IMG/VR virus record: IMGVR_UViG_3300008266_000277
Coordinates: 826 to 64,825 of that record
Strand: one strand, 5' to 3'
DNA length: 64,000 nucleotides
Origin: a virus
Taxonomy: Duplodnaviria > Caudoviricetes
Positions 19,825 through 30,535 of this stretch are shown piece after piece. Every line of letters begins with the position of its first letter. Positions within the stretch are counted from its first letter, which is position 1. The notes beneath the pieces were generated by a model. The model had not been told where the DNA came from. It saw nothing but the letters and a program-made list of their open reading frames with translations, and made no database searches. Both the position numbers and the translations under genes were made by a program.

Positions 19825-21476
19825 TACACAAAACATTTATTCATTAGGTCATGATATTCTTCATCAGTTATTGGTTGTTGAGCAACACGTATAACTTCTG
19901 CAACACCTTCAGCTTCTTTTACAAAGTTAGGATTAATATAGCCAAATTCCTCAAGTAATCTTGTTGATAGATACTTAAATGTTTCAGGAGCTACAGCAAC
20001 ACCTATTTTATTGCCTGCCTCATCAGTAAACATCTTACCTGTAGTGTCATTTGCACCAATCATATATTGACCATATCCTGCTTTACTGAATACAGGCTGT
20101 AAGCCTTTTTCATCACGCATCTTTTTTATATTTTCAATACTTTCATCAATTGCTTTTCTTACTTCAGGTCTAACACCACCTTCTTCAGCATCTGTTATAA
20201 ATTCTACAAGCGATCCACCTCCATATTTTAGACGTGATATAATACCTGCCTTATTTTGAAATCCAGAGTGGAAAATAAATCTATCTCTAAGATCTATATT
20301 ACCTACACCACTTCCTTTAGGTAATGGAACTGCAGACGCACGTGTAGCTGCTACACTAGCTCCTGGTTCCATTGCTTCATTAAATACAGTAAAGTAATTT
20401 GTAGCATCTATGTTAAAGCCAACTGTTTCTTTCTTAGCACCTGTATATACTTGCTCAAGATCTTTAAGCTGCATATCTGATGCGTCTAAGTACATAAGCT
20501 TACTACGTCTCATAAGTCCTGTAGCAGGAGTAGCACCTGTTGGTACATCAATCACATCCACAATAGCACCTGGCATAATGATACCACGCTTAACCATTTC
20601 TTTAGCTGTAGCTTCATTAGGAACTGCATACTGACCTTTAACTCTATCAGATTTTAGATTGACATACATCTTGTTATCCGAATATACAGGATAACCTTGA
20701 CCTTTATCATTAATGTTTGCAATAATATTACCATTAGCATCTATAATGTTATGTACAGTTCTAGTTGTAGTAACATCTTCAAATGTTTTATCATACGTTA
20801 ACTTGATACGATAAAGAGGTACATCGCTAGTATATACAAGTGTTCCATCAGGACCATTCTGATAATTGTATCCAAGATCTTCTAGCTCTACTATATCTGC
20901 TTCAACAATAGATACAACAGGCTCACCATTTTGAATGTAGTCCATCTTGTAGATAATCTTATCACCTGCTTTTGAACTTTCTCCTGTTGCAAAATCAGGC
21001 AGTTCAGCAAGCATTTCCATTCTAACTTGCATTGTACCTTCTGTGTCTATGATTTTATCAAGATTTTTTAGATAGGTATTATTTGAAGGATCTACATATT
21101 TTAGAAGTTCGCCAGTTGGTAAATAGAAGAACTTATGTATAGCATTCGTTCCATTAGACAGAGTAACCTCTACATCAATAACAATTTGCGTTTTATCCCA
21201 ACTAATATTTGCCACTTTAGCATTAGAGTAGGAGTGAATTCGCTCACCTAATGTTCTTGTAAATGAAACATTATCTCCTATTCTTAAGTATGGTTTAACA
21301 ATTTCACCTTTAGGATTAATGAACGCAGGATCAAATGTTTTTTCTGTTCCTGTTTGTTCAATAAACATACGCTGCTCCAGTAAACTTGTAGGTCTATTTG
21401 ATCTATCAGTAGGCATCACATAATTCTTACCACGAGTATCATACCTCTTATTAGCTTGTTCAAACGCATCAAACAT
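19824..21476 (-). CDS. C-terminal fragment of the vRNAP polyprotein (SH3-like repeats, possible macro-like domain)
   Basis: Frame is open upstream to ~21494 (TATLNAMFDAF); ends DLMNKCFV. Confidence 0.65.
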   Translation of the reverse strand: MFDAFEQANKRYDTRGKNYVMPTDRSNRPTSLLEQRMFIEQTGTEKTFDPAFINPKGEIVKPYLRIGDNVSFTRTLGERIHSYSNAKVANISWDKTQIVIDVEVTLSNGTNAIHKFFYLPTGELLKYVDPSNNTYLKNLDKIIDTEGTMQVRMEMLAELPDFATGESSKAGDKIIYKMDYIQNGEPVVSIVEADIVELEDLGYNYQNGPDGTLVYTSDVPLYRIKLTYDKTFEDVTTTRTVHNIIDANGNIIANINDKGQGYPVYSDNKMYVNLKSDRVKGQYAVPNEATAKEMVKRGIIMPGAIVDVIDVPTGATPATGLMRRSKLMYLDASDMQLKDLEQVYTGAKKETVGFNIDATNYFTVFNEAMEPGASVAATRASAVPLPKGSGVGNIDLRDRFIFHSGFQNKAGIISRLKYGGGSLVEFITDAEEGGVRPEVRKAIDESIENIKKMRDEKGLQPVFSKAGYGQYMIGANDTTGKMFTDEAGNKIGVAVAPETFKYLSTRLLEEFGYINPNFVKEAEGVAEVIRVAQQPITDEEYHDLMNKCFV

Positions 21477-24400
21477 AGCATTAAGAGTAGCGGTAGAAAT
21501 GCTACAATAGGAAGCTTTTTGAATGTTGATGCAATTTCATGTATACTCTTTCTTACTTCTTCATTAAGTTCTTCTTCAGTTAATTTTGGCATATTTTCTT
21601 TAATTATGCCAGGAATAATTTTAGCAAGTTCAACTTCATTAGCTAAAGATTGTAACTGAAAGTAATATGAATCTATTGTTTCTTTATCTTTAGGAGCGTC
21701 GATGAATGCAAGGTTAACACGTTCAGTATCCGTACCCTTAGTTGTTTCACTGTCAGGTATAAGATTTTTAAGGACTGGAAACTTATCTGTAAGTTGTTGA
21801 CCATACTTTGGATTTACCTTATGCTTTACAATGTCATATGCAAAAGCTGTTTCTCCGTTGAAGATAGCATGCATGTTATAAACATTCTTGAGTGCTTTAT
21901 TTCTTATGTAAATTTCAAAAGCATATTTTAATCTATCTCGTTGATATGCTTTTTTAGCTTCTGTTCTAAGCATTACTTCACCTTCGTCAAGATATTTATT
22001 CTTAAGGATAACTCTTGCTGATGCTTTCCAAATAAGATTAAAATCCTCATCTGATTTACGCAAAGCTTCCATTTTTGCAAATGTATCTTGAGCAAACTGA
22101 CCACGCAAATATTCACGCTCAAAGACAAACTTAACGTATTCTCCAAAACTTGTAAAAGTACTTATCTCACCAACAGCTGGAATACCTAACTCATCAGATG
22201 GTTTTGTATAAGCTTTAGATTGGAACTGTTCCCAAAGTGTAGCATAGTCATAGTACATTATACCATCTACATATGCTGCTCCATACTTAGGAAGAGCTGC
22301 AACTTTTTGTAATGCAGTCTTAACTTCACTACCTCTATAATAGATAGGCTCTTTGGGATTCTCTAAATCAGATACATCAAATGTTAGGAATGAGTTCTGG
22401 AACAATATAGGCAACAAAGCATTTTTAAACTCTGTCATCAACTCAATGTCGTCAGTAAAGTATGTTTTGTTCTTTGCCTTATCCTTTCTACTAAAGGATA
22501 AATCAATCATAAATTTATTTATAACAGGGTTATTACGGAATCCAAATAGATCCTTCCATACAGCTATTTGAAATGGTTGCTGGTAGAAGCTTGCAATAGG
22601 CGAAGATATCTTAGTCTCATCTAAGATTCCAGTATCATTACCATCTTTATCTTTTATTGTAGGTATTAGACGATCAATAACATCAGATGGTAGTCTCCAG
22701 TATCTCGTTTGAGATCCTTTGACATCATCCATTCTGTTACGCTTGAGCTCCATAAGCTTTACAATCTTATCCTGAGCTTCAAACAAAGATCCCGACTTAC
22801 CAGTATCTACATTTGTTCTAAGCTTGATATCCTTAACAGCTCTTTCCATATCTGTCATTTCAATGAAATGCAAGAAGATAGCTTTTTGAAAATCAGAAAT
22901 AGTAGGATCGTTATAATTAATATTACGCTCTTCGATAGACTTTGGTCTACCCTTTTTATCAACTTTAGGATACTTAGTAAATACATACTCTAGTTGACCA
23001 GTAAGTTCATCTAATTTAAACTGACCATCTTTTGGAGCTGTTAAAAGTGTCTCACGCTTAATAACTTCTTTAAGATTTTTTACTCTGTTTTCACTAGTCT
23101 CACCTTCAACTGAAATGCCTAATTTTTCAAGTATCATTTCTTTAGCTGCAAGAATAGCTTTGTCACGAGTAATCTTTTCTTTTTCAGGATTTTCTTCTTC
23201 CATAGCTGAAGACATGACGCTTTGCAAGCGATCTACTGTTTCCATGTACTCTTCAATAATTGGCTGACTAATGAAGTTACTAGCATATTCAATAGGTACA
23301 CCTGCTTGTACAAGGAATAGCAACATAGGTCCTAGCTTATCATTACCTCTTAGATAGAAAATCCATGGATCCTTAGCAATATCCACCCAACCATTCATAA
23401 GCTGAGAGATGACATCACCAATCTTATTCTGGCCTAATGCATCATATCTATGAGAGAAGGAGATAGCTCTATCTTTATATCCTTTAACACCTAAAGTATT
23501 ATGTGGTAAGTACAATGTTTGTCTTTCATAAGACATAAATACTTTACGCATATCTTTTTTATATGCTCGATCCGCTTGTCTATATGCTTCTTTCTCTTCA
23601 TCAGTACGTGTATCCTTACCATCAATAAGTTTATCTTTCTTAATCTTCTCTTGCTTATAGAACTCACGAGCTAGATTGATGATTTCTTCCATCTCTTCAG
23701 ACTCGTAATCACCATTGATTTCTTTGTTATTTGGAGTTAGATATAATCCAATCCTGTTAAAAAGCTCATTATAAGTATTATCTACTGCACCAATACCTAA
23801 AGCTTTCTTACCGAGATTATTGGTCATCTGCTTATGTAGGTTGTAAGTAATTTCAAATATACGATTAGCCTGAATACCTCTAGCAGGAGCATCTTCATCA
23901 TTAGTAGATATACGTGGATTATAATTACGATAAGTAGTCTTAAGATCATCTACTATAGGATCTAAGATATCTGTACCGTTAGGACGTATTAGGTTAGAAT
24001 AATTCTGAACTCTGCTTGATAAATTATTTAGCGCAAATAGCATATCATTCTGAGCTACCTTCTCCTGATCAGCAAGTACAAACTCATCAAAGCTAAGTAC
24101 GTCACCTTCTTCTTGTAGAAAATCTATGATTTGTCCATTTACAACCTCAGCACCACCAAATAACTTATAGTATTTAAAGATTGCCATTGTTCTATCAATA
24201 CCTGGTTCAAAATCTTTAACTATAAACTCTTCAGCTTTCTTTCTTTTGTATTCTTGATACTTCTTCTTATACTGATCTGTACTAAATGCTTTATAAAGAT
24301 CTACCTCATATACTGAATTACCATTTGCATCCACTGTCATATTAAGTGAGATGTTAGGCATCATCCATGTAATCTTATCAATATCATAGTCACCTCCAGA

Positions 24401-27400
24401 TTTAGCTACTATTTCAGCAGGTAAGATAACTATGTTACCTGCTTCTTTAGGGAGGAATTCAAATACCTCAGCAAATTCATCTGAGTTAAGTCCCTGAATA
24501 GGAATACGATCACCATGCATAGTAATCATCTTTCTATTGTTTCCTTGATTTAGCCAGTTGTCATCCTTAATCAATCTGTTAAGATTAGCAAGTGATGCAT
24601 TATAATCTAGTTCTTTTACAGGTTTATTTTTACGAGCAAGCAGATTACCTTGGTCATCTGTTGCATCGCGGAATACTGCTACATCAGGTAGATATAAAAG
24701 TTTTTCAAAATCACCTTGCATAGAGATTTTAACTTTCATTGCATCTACTCTACCTGTATTAGGATTAATTCTATAATATGTAAGTCCATTTGTACCTCCA
24801 TATTGAGCAATTAATTCTTCTGTTGCAGGCTCAAGCATAGCGCCAGATACTTGAATAAGAGCTTCTCCTTTTGTTTTTTGACGTATTAGAGATTTAACAA
24901 CAAGAGCGTTAAGTAGTCTTTCAATTTTGTCAGCAGCTAATGAGAAAGATAAGTCATGCTTTAGCCTACCTTCAAAGTCAGTATTAATAAAATCTAATTC
25001 GTGATCTGCTAACTCTTGATTGCTAAGCTGAGTCTTAACATACTTAACTAGATTAGACATGTCACCTACAAGCTCACCATCACTGTTAATTTTAAGTTTA
25101 GCTCTCTTAAGTAATTGTGCTTTCTTAACTTGAGTTAGGTTAGCAACAGCTTGTTCATATTCAATAAGAGCTTTAAAATTTTTGTATTCGCCTGCTTCTA
25201 ACTGCTCTTCAAATGAAAGAGCCATCCACTTCTCTATACGTGTTTCAAGAGGTTCTTCTACTAAAAAGTCAGTAGGAATACCATTCTCCATCAAGTCTAC
25301 CTCTATAAGTTTACGGATCTGAGTAGGAATAGTTACTTTACCTTTCCACTTAGGCTCAATCTTAAGCTGATTCTTAAGATATTCTACATGAATTTTGTTA
25401 ACTGTAAATGGTGCATCATCATTTATATCTCTATCCTGAGTATATACATTGTCTTTAAGAGATGCAATATCAAGCTTGTCATATTTCTTTTGTCCTTCAA
25501 CACCAACGTATTCTGCATCAGTAGATCTTACAATCTTACCATCTTTGGTCATACGTATAGGTTTGCCTGCATCATCAAACTGAACAGTTGTAAGAGTACC
25601 AATTTTAGACCCTGATTCAAACAATACATAGTCAATACCTTCACGCATCATTTTTTCATGAAGAGTCTTAAGTTTAGGACTTAAATTAGCTACAGAAGGT
25701 ATAATAGGAGTAAGCTGAAATTTATGAAATGCTTCTATAGTAACATCACTTGTAAGTGGATTATCAGCACTGTTTGCTAAAGCTCCCCAGTACTGCGCCT
25801 TAATTGGTGGGAAGAAAGTACCAATTTTCTCTGCAGGTATATTTTCTCCACGTAACAAAGCTAAATAGATCTTCTCTTGCGCAGGTGTCCATTCACCTTG
25901 AGAATCCATAAGAATTCGATACGCATCAAAACTAATCCATCCTTGAGCATCTGCTTCAGTCATTTCAGCATACTTACCCATGATGCTTTTTCCAGTAGGC
26001 TCAATACCTTTTATGCTATCAATAGAAGTTATATCTATACCTGCATTTACAGCACCAAATAGTTTAGTTTTAACATCAGTTTCTATTTGTTTTACACTAC
26101 GTTTAACAGTAGCTGTTCTATTTGCAGCTATTGCATCATCAACCATTTGCTTATACAGATTATACCCCATTTCTTCAAGATATACACTACGTGTAATTTT
26201 ATCTCTCATAACAGCAGTATTCATGGTGCCATCATAAGCACGCATTGGTAATCCTGTAAGTTGCTCTTCAAACTTTCTACCTAATCCTCTTTCAGAATCA
26301 TTTACAAAACGTAGCCAATCTTCATCTGTACGATATCCTGTACCTGTAGATGCAATACCTGCATTACGTTTATGGAACTCTTCTTTCATGTGGTTATACT
26401 GAGCAATATCTCCATATAAGAAGTTCATTGACTCAACATTATGAATCCATGAGTTATATACCCATGATTGAACTGCTAAATTATCTAATAAATTATCAGC
26501 AACAAATCCAAACTTATCGTACTCCGCTTTTACTTCTTTGTATTGACCTTCAAAATAATTTTTTGTCTGATCTATTACTTCTTGTTTTAGCTTTTGTGCT
26601 TTCTCATCTGCAGTATTTGCAAAGTATACATCAAGATCTCCTTCTACTTTAGATAACTTCTCTTTGGTAGATGCATCTAATATACCCTCAAACGTTAGGA
26701 ACTTTTGACCTTGAGCTAAATAATTAAAATCAAATACAGGAGTAGGGGTTATTTGCATTCCCTCCTTTTTCTCTTTTGCAATTTGCTTAAGTATTTGATC
26801 AATATCTTTTTTCTTTTGCATAAATCTTCTTACGCGATTATGCTCAGATACTAAATTAGGTAAGATATAATGATTAAATGCCCGCATGTGGTAATCATCT
26901 CTACTACCAGCAAATCTCCAGTTAGGTACGTATTGACCTTGAGTAACGTCACCAGTAGATAATGCATCAGGAGAAGTAATGTAATTAAGAATCACTGAAT
27001 AAGACGTGCTCTTATCTGAGTGACGCATTAATTCAGGTAGTCCTTTCTGTACAGCTAGGTGTAAATCTAATATAAACTTAGTATATGGGTCAGCAGCAGC
27101 TGAAGATACACCTTCCTTATTTGCTTCTCTTGCTCCACTAACATCAAATAATTCTAGCTTAACTATTCTACCTCCTGTAGCAGTTTTACGAGACCCATAA
27201 TCTTTGTCATCTTTAGGTATTAGATTACCATCACTGTCTACTATATTAAACATGTTTGTCAACCAAACATATCTCTTAGCATTAGGATTCTTTTCAATAT
27301 CAAATTTTGCCATATGAGGCATGCGAGTAAGATTCTCATAAGCAGATACTCTTTGCATATTGCCCTCCTCATCTGGCTCCATTGTGTCTTCAACAGAGTT

Positions 27401-27865
27401 TACAGATGAGACCATAATAGACATACTACTATTTAGTGAATGCTCAAACTTAGTATTACCATCAGCAGTAGTTACCATGAAGCTAGGAAGACCTGCACCA
27501 TATTGACCTTCTATTGATTGTAATTCCAACCAGTTTTTTCCTTCACCTTCTAAACCAGAAATATATGCATCTTGCCCTACACCATCTACAAGTGTAATTC
27601 CTGCAAGCAATTTCATTTTTGTTGCCTCAAATATGTCTTGTGGTTTAGTAATAATAATACCATTCTTAGCAATAATCTCTAATAACGACATTCCTTTTGT
27701 ATTCCAAGGATCCAGCTTATTCTTATTAAGCTTATCTTTAAGAATACGATCTTTATTTTTTATAAGAAGTGTTTCTACCCATCTAAATCCATCTTTACCA
27801 GCAGCTATACCTAGTTCAGGGCTACCAAATTCCAATGCATATCTAACCTCTTCAGTATCTGACAT
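21416..27865 (-). CDS. crAss-like virion RNA polymerase catalytic region (two-barrel RNAP)
   Basis: GGDYDIDK catalytic DxDxD at 24374-24397, RIPIQGLNS, DAQGWI, VDIAKDP. Frame is open upstream to ~28040; the last ~25 aa are out-of-frame tail. Confidence 0.85.
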   Translation of the reverse strand: MSDTEEVRYALEFGSPELGIAAGKDGFRWVETLLIKNKDRILKDKLNKNKLDPWNTKGMSLLEIIAKNGIIITKPQDIFEATKMKLLAGITLVDGVGQDAYISGLEGEGKNWLELQSIEGQYGAGLPSFMVTTADGNTKFEHSLNSSMSIMVSSVNSVEDTMEPDEEGNMQRVSAYENLTRMPHMAKFDIEKNPNAKRYVWLTNMFNIVDSDGNLIPKDDKDYGSRKTATGGRIVKLELFDVSGAREANKEGVSSAAADPYTKFILDLHLAVQKGLPELMRHSDKSTSYSVILNYITSPDALSTGDVTQGQYVPNWRFAGSRDDYHMRAFNHYILPNLVSEHNRVRRFMQKKKDIDQILKQIAKEKKEGMQITPTPVFDFNYLAQGQKFLTFEGILDASTKEKLSKVEGDLDVYFANTADEKAQKLKQEVIDQTKNYFEGQYKEVKAEYDKFGFVADNLLDNLAVQSWVYNSWIHNVESMNFLYGDIAQYNHMKEEFHKRNAGIASTGTGYRTDEDWLRFVNDSERGLGRKFEEQLTGLPMRAYDGTMNTAVMRDKITRSVYLEEMGYNLYKQMVDDAIAANRTATVKRSVKQIETDVKTKLFGAVNAGIDITSIDSIKGIEPTGKSIMGKYAEMTEADAQGWISFDAYRILMDSQGEWTPAQEKIYLALLRGENIPAEKIGTFFPPIKAQYWGALANSADNPLTSDVTIEAFHKFQLTPIIPSVANLSPKLKTLHEKMMREGIDYVLFESGSKIGTLTTVQFDDAGKPIRMTKDGKIVRSTDAEYVGVEGQKKYDKLDIASLKDNVYTQDRDINDDAPFTVNKIHVEYLKNQLKIEPKWKGKVTIPTQIRKLIEVDLMENGIPTDFLVEEPLETRIEKWMALSFEEQLEAGEYKNFKALIEYEQAVANLTQVKKAQLLKRAKLKINSDGELVGDMSNLVKYVKTQLSNQELADHELDFINTDFEGRLKHDLSFSLAADKIERLLNALVVKSLIRQKTKGEALIQVSGAMLEPATEELIAQYGGTNGLTYYRINPNTGRVDAMKVKISMQGDFEKLLYLPDVAVFRDATDDQGNLLARKNKPVKELDYNASLANLNRLIKDDNWLNQGNNRKMITMHGDRIPIQGLNSDEFAEVFEFLPKEAGNIVILPAEIVAKSGGDYDIDKITWMMPNISLNMTVDANGNSVYEVDLYKAFSTDQYKKKYQEYKRKKAEEFIVKDFEPGIDRTMAIFKYYKLFGGAEVVNGQIIDFLQEEGDVLSFDEFVLADQEKVAQNDMLFALNNLSSRVQNYSNLIRPNGTDILDPIVDDLKTTYRNYNPRISTNDEDAPARGIQANRIFEITYNLHKQMTNNLGKKALGIGAVDNTYNELFNRIGLYLTPNNKEINGDYESEEMEEIINLAREFYKQEKIKKDKLIDGKDTRTDEEKEAYRQADRAYKKDMRKVFMSYERQTLYLPHNTLGVKGYKDRAISFSHRYDALGQNKIGDVISQLMNGWVDIAKDPWIFYLRGNDKLGPMLLFLVQAGVPIEYASNFISQPIIEEYMETVDRLQSVMSSAMEEENPEKEKITRDKAILAAKEMILEKLGISVEGETSENRVKNLKEVIKRETLLTAPKDGQFKLDELTGQLEYVFTKYPKVDKKGRPKSIEERNINYNDPTISDFQKAIFLHFIEMTDMERAVKDIKLRTNVDTGKSGSLFEAQDKIVKLMELKRNRMDDVKGSQTRYWRLPSDVIDRLIPTIKDKDGNDTGILDETKISSPIASFYQQPFQIAVWKDLFGFRNNPVINKFMIDLSFSRKDKAKNKTYFTDDIELMTEFKNALLPILFQNSFLTFDVSDLENPKEPIYYRGSEVKTALQKVAALPKYGAAYVDGIMYYDYATLWEQFQSKAYTKPSDELGIPAVGEISTFTSFGEYVKFVFEREYLRGQFAQDTFAKMEALRKSDEDFNLIWKASARVILKNKYLDEGEVMLRTEAKKAYQRDRLKYAFEIYIRNKALKNVYNMHAIFNGETAFAYDIVKHKVNPKYGQQLTDKFPVLKNLIPDSETTKGTDTERVNLAFIDAPKDKETIDSYYFQLQSLANEVELAKIIPGIIKENMPKLTEEELNEEVRKSIHEIASTFKKLPIVAFLPLLLMLCLMRLNKLIRGMILVVRIM

Positions 27866-28022
27866 CTTAATACCTATAGCATTTAAGAATGCAAATACTT
27901 TTTTAATGTCGTATTTACCTTTAGTTTTAAGAGAGTCAAGATCAGGATATTTCTTAAGTAATTTATTTACATTAAGTACAGTAATACCTGTTTCTACATC
28001 ATCCTCAGCAAACTCATTATCT

Positions 28023-29972
28023 TTATCCCATGCATAGATTTTCTACAGCTCTGCTATTCAAATGTTTGAACTCTCCAACGTCTAATCCTCTAGGACCCAG
28101 CTTATTAATAAGTTGAGTAACAGCCATAGTCATTTCATTTTGATTAGGCTGTTGAGCAAACTTAACAAGCTTGTTATACATGTTAATTACATCGAGCTCA
28201 TTCTCAAGTATAAGTGATACTTTACCCCATACTTCTTCTGAATCCATTAGTACAGGAGCACCTAATTCATTGACAACAGGCATCATTGTTTCAGGATCCA
28301 TCTTAATAATGGTCTTAAACAGATAATTAACTTCTGCTTTAGCTATTTCTTTTTGAGATATTTCAGCACCGCTTCTATCCGCATATTCAGATCTTGTAGC
28401 TTTCTCTTCATCAGGAGTTTCTTTTTCATCTAGAAGTTCAAGAGCTTTGCTGCCAAAATCTTTTGACTTAGCTAAATGAAATGCAATTACACCTCTGATT
28501 ACACCATCTTTATCAGGTACATTATTTTCGATGTTATTAAGATCACCAAAGTTTTCACGTGCAAACATTACAAGACCTAACTTTTCGCGTACATCTTGTA
28601 ACTTATTATTATCAACTCCTTCAGCTCTTAATCTTCTATATTCAGAATCCAGTTCTAACTGCAGTCGAGATAACAAATGTTCAACACGTCTGTACGCTTG
28701 GGTTTTACCAGCTTTAGATCTTAGGTAATTTGCACTTTGACTATAAGTAAGATTTTTTGCCTCTTCTAATTTTCTACGTTCCATCTCTGCAGGTGAAACG
28801 CGATTCATCATTAGATCTACTTGAAGTTTAAGATACTTTTCTAGCGCTTCTTCTGTTTGCAAATCTGTATTAGCTGCATTTATAGATTGAGCAATCCAAC
28901 CATCTATTGAATCTAATAATAGTTTAGTATCTTTCTTAGATAGATTAGAGAATGTAGCTTCTTCATCCAATGCCTGTATGCCTGTACTGTTTAGTGTGTT
29001 ATTAAAACGTGCATCAGGTTTTTGGAAGTTGTAATCTGTCATGTCTCCTTTACGAAGAGCATCAAATACTTTTTTGATTTCGCTGTTAGCATTACCATCT
29101 GCCATTACATCAGCAATAGTAAGATTACCAAACAGTATTTCTAATACATCAAGGAGTTTCTTGAAGAATGACTTTCTAGCAGGAGCAGATTTAATAGCCA
29201 TCTTACCTTGAGATAGCATGTACTGTCTGAACTCTTCTGCTAAGTACTCTTCTACCTGCTTATCAGTAGCGTACTTAAATGGAGTCATCTTACCTTCATA
29301 ATCTTTGAAGGTACCTGTCATTTTACGTACTTCAGAATAAAGCGCTTCTCTTTGTTCAGGTGTCATAAAAGCCTGAGTAAAGCCATGGAATGCTTCGTGG
29401 TAAAGCTGTGTGTAGTTTGATCCTTTGTATAGTACAATACCATTCATAGACCAAGTAGCAATAGAACTTGAATCTTGCTGGTTAACCATATCAAAAGCTT
29501 CCCTAAATGAGAAGTGCTTGCTTAAAGGATGTTTTTCATACCATGCTTTAGCAGTGTCAATATCTTCTTGAGTTATCTTACCTCCACTAAGTTGAATAAC
29601 ACGTGTATTCCATACGTCATCGCTCTCTTCATCTGTAGGTCTACCAAGGAAAGGATCTGATGGATTATCTTTCTTAGTCTTATTAGCACTAGCGTCTGCT
29701 TTACGAGATGTTCTACGTCTCTTCTTTTCTACTGTACTAGGCGGTGGTTCTGTAGTATCTAGAGGATCCTTTATTTCTACAACATTTACAGCAGAAGGTG
29801 CTTCTTCAGAAACCTTTAGCTCGTTTCTTACTTCCATTAGAAGTTTAGGAAATGCTTTACCCCATTTGCTTTTATCCTGTGTATGAGTTAAAGTAAGATT
29901 ACCTGTAGCTTGCAAGCTTGCAAGAGCCTGTGGATTTTGACTAAAAGATGCAATTAGCAGATCCTTCATCAA
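28023..29972 (-). CDS. vRNAP polyprotein fragment: NADAR domain + zincin-like metallopeptidase
   Basis: Frame is open to ~30223 (FQSVEQAFQWTK..GAKLRKLGK..W..LMKDLL.SF.QNP..L.ATG..LTH..WGK.FP.LLMEVR); HEAFH at 29385-29399 with EEYLAEEF. Confidence 0.75.
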   Translation of the reverse strand: MMKDLLIASFSQNPQALASLQATGNLTLTHTQDKSKWGKAFPKLLMEVRNELKVSEEAPSAVNVVEIKDPLDTTEPPPSTVEKKRRRTSRKADASANKTKKDNPSDPFLGRPTDEESDDVWNTRVIQLSGGKITQEDIDTAKAWYEKHPLSKHFSFREAFDMVNQQDSSSIATWSMNGIVLYKGSNYTQLYHEAFHGFTQAFMTPEQREALYSEVRKMTGTFKDYEGKMTPFKYATDKQVEEYLAEEFRQYMLSQGKMAIKSAPARKSFFKKLLDVLEILFGNLTIADVMADGNANSEIKKVFDALRKGDMTDYNFQKPDARFNNTLNSTGIQALDEEATFSNLSKKDTKLLLDSIDGWIAQSINAANTDLQTEEALEKYLKLQVDLMMNRVSPAEMERRKLEEAKNLTYSQSANYLRSKAGKTQAYRRVEHLLSRLQLELDSEYRRLRAEGVDNNKLQDVREKLGLVMFARENFGDLNNIENNVPDKDGVIRGVIAFHLAKSKDFGSKALELLDEKETPDEEKATRSEYADRSGAEISQKEIAKAEVNYLFKTIIKMDPETMMPVVNELGAPVLMDSEEVWGKVSLILENELDVINMYNKLVKFAQQPNQNEMTMAVTQLINKLGPRGLDVGEFKHLNSRAVENLCMG

Positions 29973-30142
29973 AGCTTCAGCATTATCATCCCAAATACCT
30001 GTTTCAAGATTTGGAAATGATTTACCCAGCTTTCTTAACTTCGCACCATCTGTTGTTGCAAGGATCTCATTTTGAATTTTTTCATCTTTAGCATTATCTG
30101 CAGCAATCAGTTTTTGAGTTTCTTCTGTTGGTATAGAAGGAT

Positions 30143-30535
30143 CTATTTGATAGTTATTAGTATATAATCCTTTTGTCCACTGAAATGCTTGTTCAACGCT
30201 TTGGAATGTAATCTCTTGTTGCTTTCACCATTCTCATTGACTACAGGATTAATAGTATTTCTAACACCATCTACAGTAACTACTTTTGTAGTTTTAACAT
30301 CTGCAGAAACACTAGCAGGTTTATATTCTGTTATACCTTCTGTCTTAATATCTTCTAACATCTGTGGATAAGATGCAGCATGTCTATCAATAGTTTCTTC
30401 TGAAACATTTGCTCTGTTAACTCCTGCTGCAATATCTGCTTTTATTCTTTGTTTAGCTAATTCAGCATTTAAAGGCATTAACTTATACTGAATATTAGCA
30501 CCAGGTATTGCTTTTTTAATAGCCTCTGGTATCAA
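30143..30535 (-). CDS. vRNAP polyprotein fragment: C-terminal half of AAA_33-type P-loop kinase + linker
   Basis: EAIKK..QYKLMPLNAELAKQRI..RANVSEETIDRH matches the kinase lid region; continues the 30516-30836 ORF. Confidence 0.6.
   Translation of the reverse strand: MIPEAIKKAIPGANIQYKLMPLNAELAKQRIKADIAAGVNRANVSEETIDRHAASYPQMLEDIKTEGITEYKPASVSADVKTTKVVTVDGVRNTINPVVNENGESNKRLHSKALNKHFSGQKDYILITIK

Noticed and set aside
19825-19836. Extra Cys in the tracked start MFCV of the 1892-aa ORF
   Set aside because: This ATG lies inside the upstream gene. The TAATG-coupled ATG at 19824 is the more plausible start.
29700-29735. KKRRRTSRK as a eukaryotic nuclear-localisation signal
   Set aside because: The gene content is that of a bacteriophage; the patch is better explained as a basic linker.
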